A DNA stretch of 63,899 nucleotides, filler included, from Ministeria vibrans ATCC 50519 (taxonomy: Eukaryota > Protista > Filasterea): the NCBI GenBank assembly GCA_943704425.1. It is 5 parts of 5 records of this genome, joined end to end, with 100 filler letters (N's around TTAATTAATTAA, not from the genome) between each part and the next. Parts side by side here need not be neighbours in the genome. Positions count along the whole stretch, not along the records: positions 61,584 to 63,899 come from CALSCP010000566.1; 4 more parts are not named here. One strand, written 5' to 3'. Positions 61,934 through 63,899 of the stretch are shown here, piece by piece. A program made the translations under genes and the position numbers. How positions within the stretch are numbered: position 1 is the first letter of the stretch; the number at the start of each line of letters is the position of its first letter. Under the pieces are notes generated by a model. The model saw only the letters and a list, made by a program, of their open reading frames with translations, did not search any database and was not told the DNA's origin.

Positions 61934-62620
61934 TCACTCGCCATTAAGTTTGGCATCCTCGCTGCCCTTGTCCGACTCCACCACTCCGACGGCGTCGTCG
62001 ACGACGTCCAACTCGCTTTCGTCACCCTCCGCCTCGTCGTTGTCTGCCAACTGTGCTCCATAGTACTCGCGATTGTCTGTCATGCACTCTTGCATGGCCC
62101 GAAATTTTTCGTAGCACTCCATTCCCTGATGTGCAAGAGTAAGAAATACACTCAGGCGCTCAAAAGAACTGACCTTGGGATCCGTATCGCTTTGCACGAA
62201 GCATTCAAAGGAGTCCATGAACTTGGTCCCGCACGGCCCTTCCGTCATCGGCTTGATGCATGGACAGTCCCAGTCGATCTGGCGCGACACTCAGTCAGTC
62301 CCTCCCTCCACCCCCGCGTCCTTCCCACATACCTCTCCATCGTCGAGGACGGCGCTGTCGACGCCCACGGCCGAATCATCGTCTGCGTCGCCCGTGTCGA
62401 GCTCGCCTTTGTATGCGCGTGTGATGAAAAACTGCTTGTCTTTGCCTGCATGACACACAGCGAGGCGGAGTGAGCGATGCAAAGGGACCCGCACATACAC
62501 ACACATATATATATCCACACACATCCACACACCAAGAACCCTTCAGGTGGGGTATCGAGGAGAAGGCACAAAACAGAGAGCCCAATTTTTCGCACCATCT
62601 TCAGTTACACAAAACGACAT
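61934..62620 (-). CDS. CHCHD4: Mitochondrial IMS import oxidoreductase MIA40/CHCHD4, 4 exons
   Basis: 'IDWDCPCI..M..GPCG..F..SF.CF..S..DPKGMEC...F.AMQECM' (CPC plus twin CX9C); N-terminus 'MSFCVTEDGKDKQFFIT'. Confidence 0.93.
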
Positions 62621-62862
62621 TGTTTGAGTGTCAGGCAGCAGTCTGTATATACAGCGGTCAAAAAAACAGGTCTTAAAAAGAAAGAGAGAACTTTTCTGTG
62701 AAAGTGTGAATTGTATTGTGATGACTGATGAGTGATTTTTGAATAAGTCACCAGCCACCACCATCTAACATTTCCAGTCACAGACTCAATCACAAGTTCA
62801 CAGTGTAATTTGTTAGTTGTACTCTATTACATAGATTTAAGCCTTCGTGGTCGTACGATTGT

Positions 62863-63786
62863 ATGCTGCGTATGGCGTCGTCTTCGTCTTTGTCGTCATC
62901 GTCGTCCGCAGCGCACACCCCGCTCAGTCCACCGGCTGCAGCTGCAGGGATGCCTCCTCTCATCGACAGCCATTGCCATCTGGACATCCTCTTTGAGAAG
63001 ATACGCTACACCGGTGGGTCTCTGGCTGCCTTTCGCGCGCAGCCCAAGTGGCAATGGCCGCCCGAGGTGAAGGGTTGCATCACTATGTTTTCAGACCCAG
63101 CCGCGCTTTCACCGTCCCTCTCTCTCTTCGAAGTACTCCTGGCCGAGCCCAACGTGTGGGGTGCCTTTGGACTGCATCCGCACCATGCACAGCACTATAA
63201 TGAGCAGATGGAGGCCCGCATCTGCGCCGGACTGCAACATCCGCACTGTTGTGCGCTCGGCGAGACCGGACTCGACTACGCTCACTACTCGCCGTCGACA
63301 GCGGACGCACAACAACATGCATTCCGCCAGCAGATGGCCCTTGCTGTCGCGCACGACAAACCCATTGTGGTACACTCGCGCAATGCAGACAACGACACCT
63401 TTCGTCTCATGAGCGAGTGTCTCGACCGCGACTTCAGAATACACCTGCACTGTTTCCAGGGCTCGCTCGACACCACGCGACGGTTTTTGGCGCACTTCTC
63501 CAACCTTGCTGTGGGATTTACTGGTGCCATTATCACGTCAAAGAATCGCAACTTGCTGAGCCTGGTCGAGGAGGTGCCGCTCGAGCGAATGCTGCTCGAG
63601 ACCGACGCACCTTACATGCCCGCCCAAGGCACACGACGCGCTCTCTCGCACCCTGGTCAGGTGCTTGCAGTCGCCGAGCGCGTTGCCCAACTGAAGCAAG
63701 TGTCGTTGTTGGACGTGTTGGCGGGGGTCGCCACGGCTGTCGCCACTGTTTATCCCGTCGTGGCTACTGGTCTGACCGAATTGTAA
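62863..63786 (+). CDS. TatD-family nuclease (TATDN2-like), intronless
   Basis: IDSHCHLD, GLHPH, LGETGLDY, VVHSRNA, HLHCF, LLETDAPY. Confidence 0.93.
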   Translation: MLRMASSSSLSSSSSAAHTPLSPPAAAAGMPPLIDSHCHLDILFEKIRYTGGSLAAFRAQPKWQWPPEVKGCITMFSDPAALSPSLSLFEVLLAEPNVWGAFGLHPHHAQHYNEQMEARICAGLQHPHCCALGETGLDYAHYSPSTADAQQHAFRQQMALAVAHDKPIVVHSRNADNDTFRLMSECLDRDFRIHLHCFQGSLDTTRRFLAHFSNLAVGFTGAIITSKNRNLLSLVEEVPLERMLLETDAPYMPAQGTRRALSHPGQVLAVAERVAQLKQVSLLDVLAGVATAVATVYPVVATGLTEL

Positions 63787-63899
63787 CAAAAGGAAGTATA
63801 AAAAGGTCTTTGTTTGTTTGTTTTGTTTGCATCAATCGTTGTGGTCTTGAATATATCGTGGTTCTCTCTTTTTCGTTTCTCTCCTCCTATCCCCCCCCC

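Overview
Compact eukaryotic nuclear DNA using the standard code and GT-AG introns, rich in microsatellites. Five contigs are joined by artificial N44-TTAATTAATTAA-N44 spacers (25093, 39392, 50855, 61484), so adjacency across spacers is not biological. The gene set points to a flagellated unicellular protist, plausibly holozoan or close to it (inference): PACRG, SPAG6/PF16, CCDC103, animal-like CHCHD4/MIA40, OXSR1/SPAK kinase, INTS1, PPP4R1, COPS5, TDP1, Gpc1, NIPA, ABCB10-like, TatD, an SDR and a 30-EGF membrane protein. Most notable: (1) an inward-rectifier (Kir)-fold channel whose TxGYG filter is replaced by SFETP; (2) a contig ending in (TTAGGG)n that carries bacterial-type genes (TfoX_N, and a RavA/MoxR AAA+ ATPase head-to-head with a ~2250-aa beta-rich protein with cadherin-like domains), with the repeat array running straight into an ORF; (3) an EGF receptor-like protein with a juxtamembrane ZU5-like HFS autoproteolysis motif; (4) a dispersed, strand-biased intronic repeat motif. 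All family calls come from motif recognition by eye; no database searches were run.
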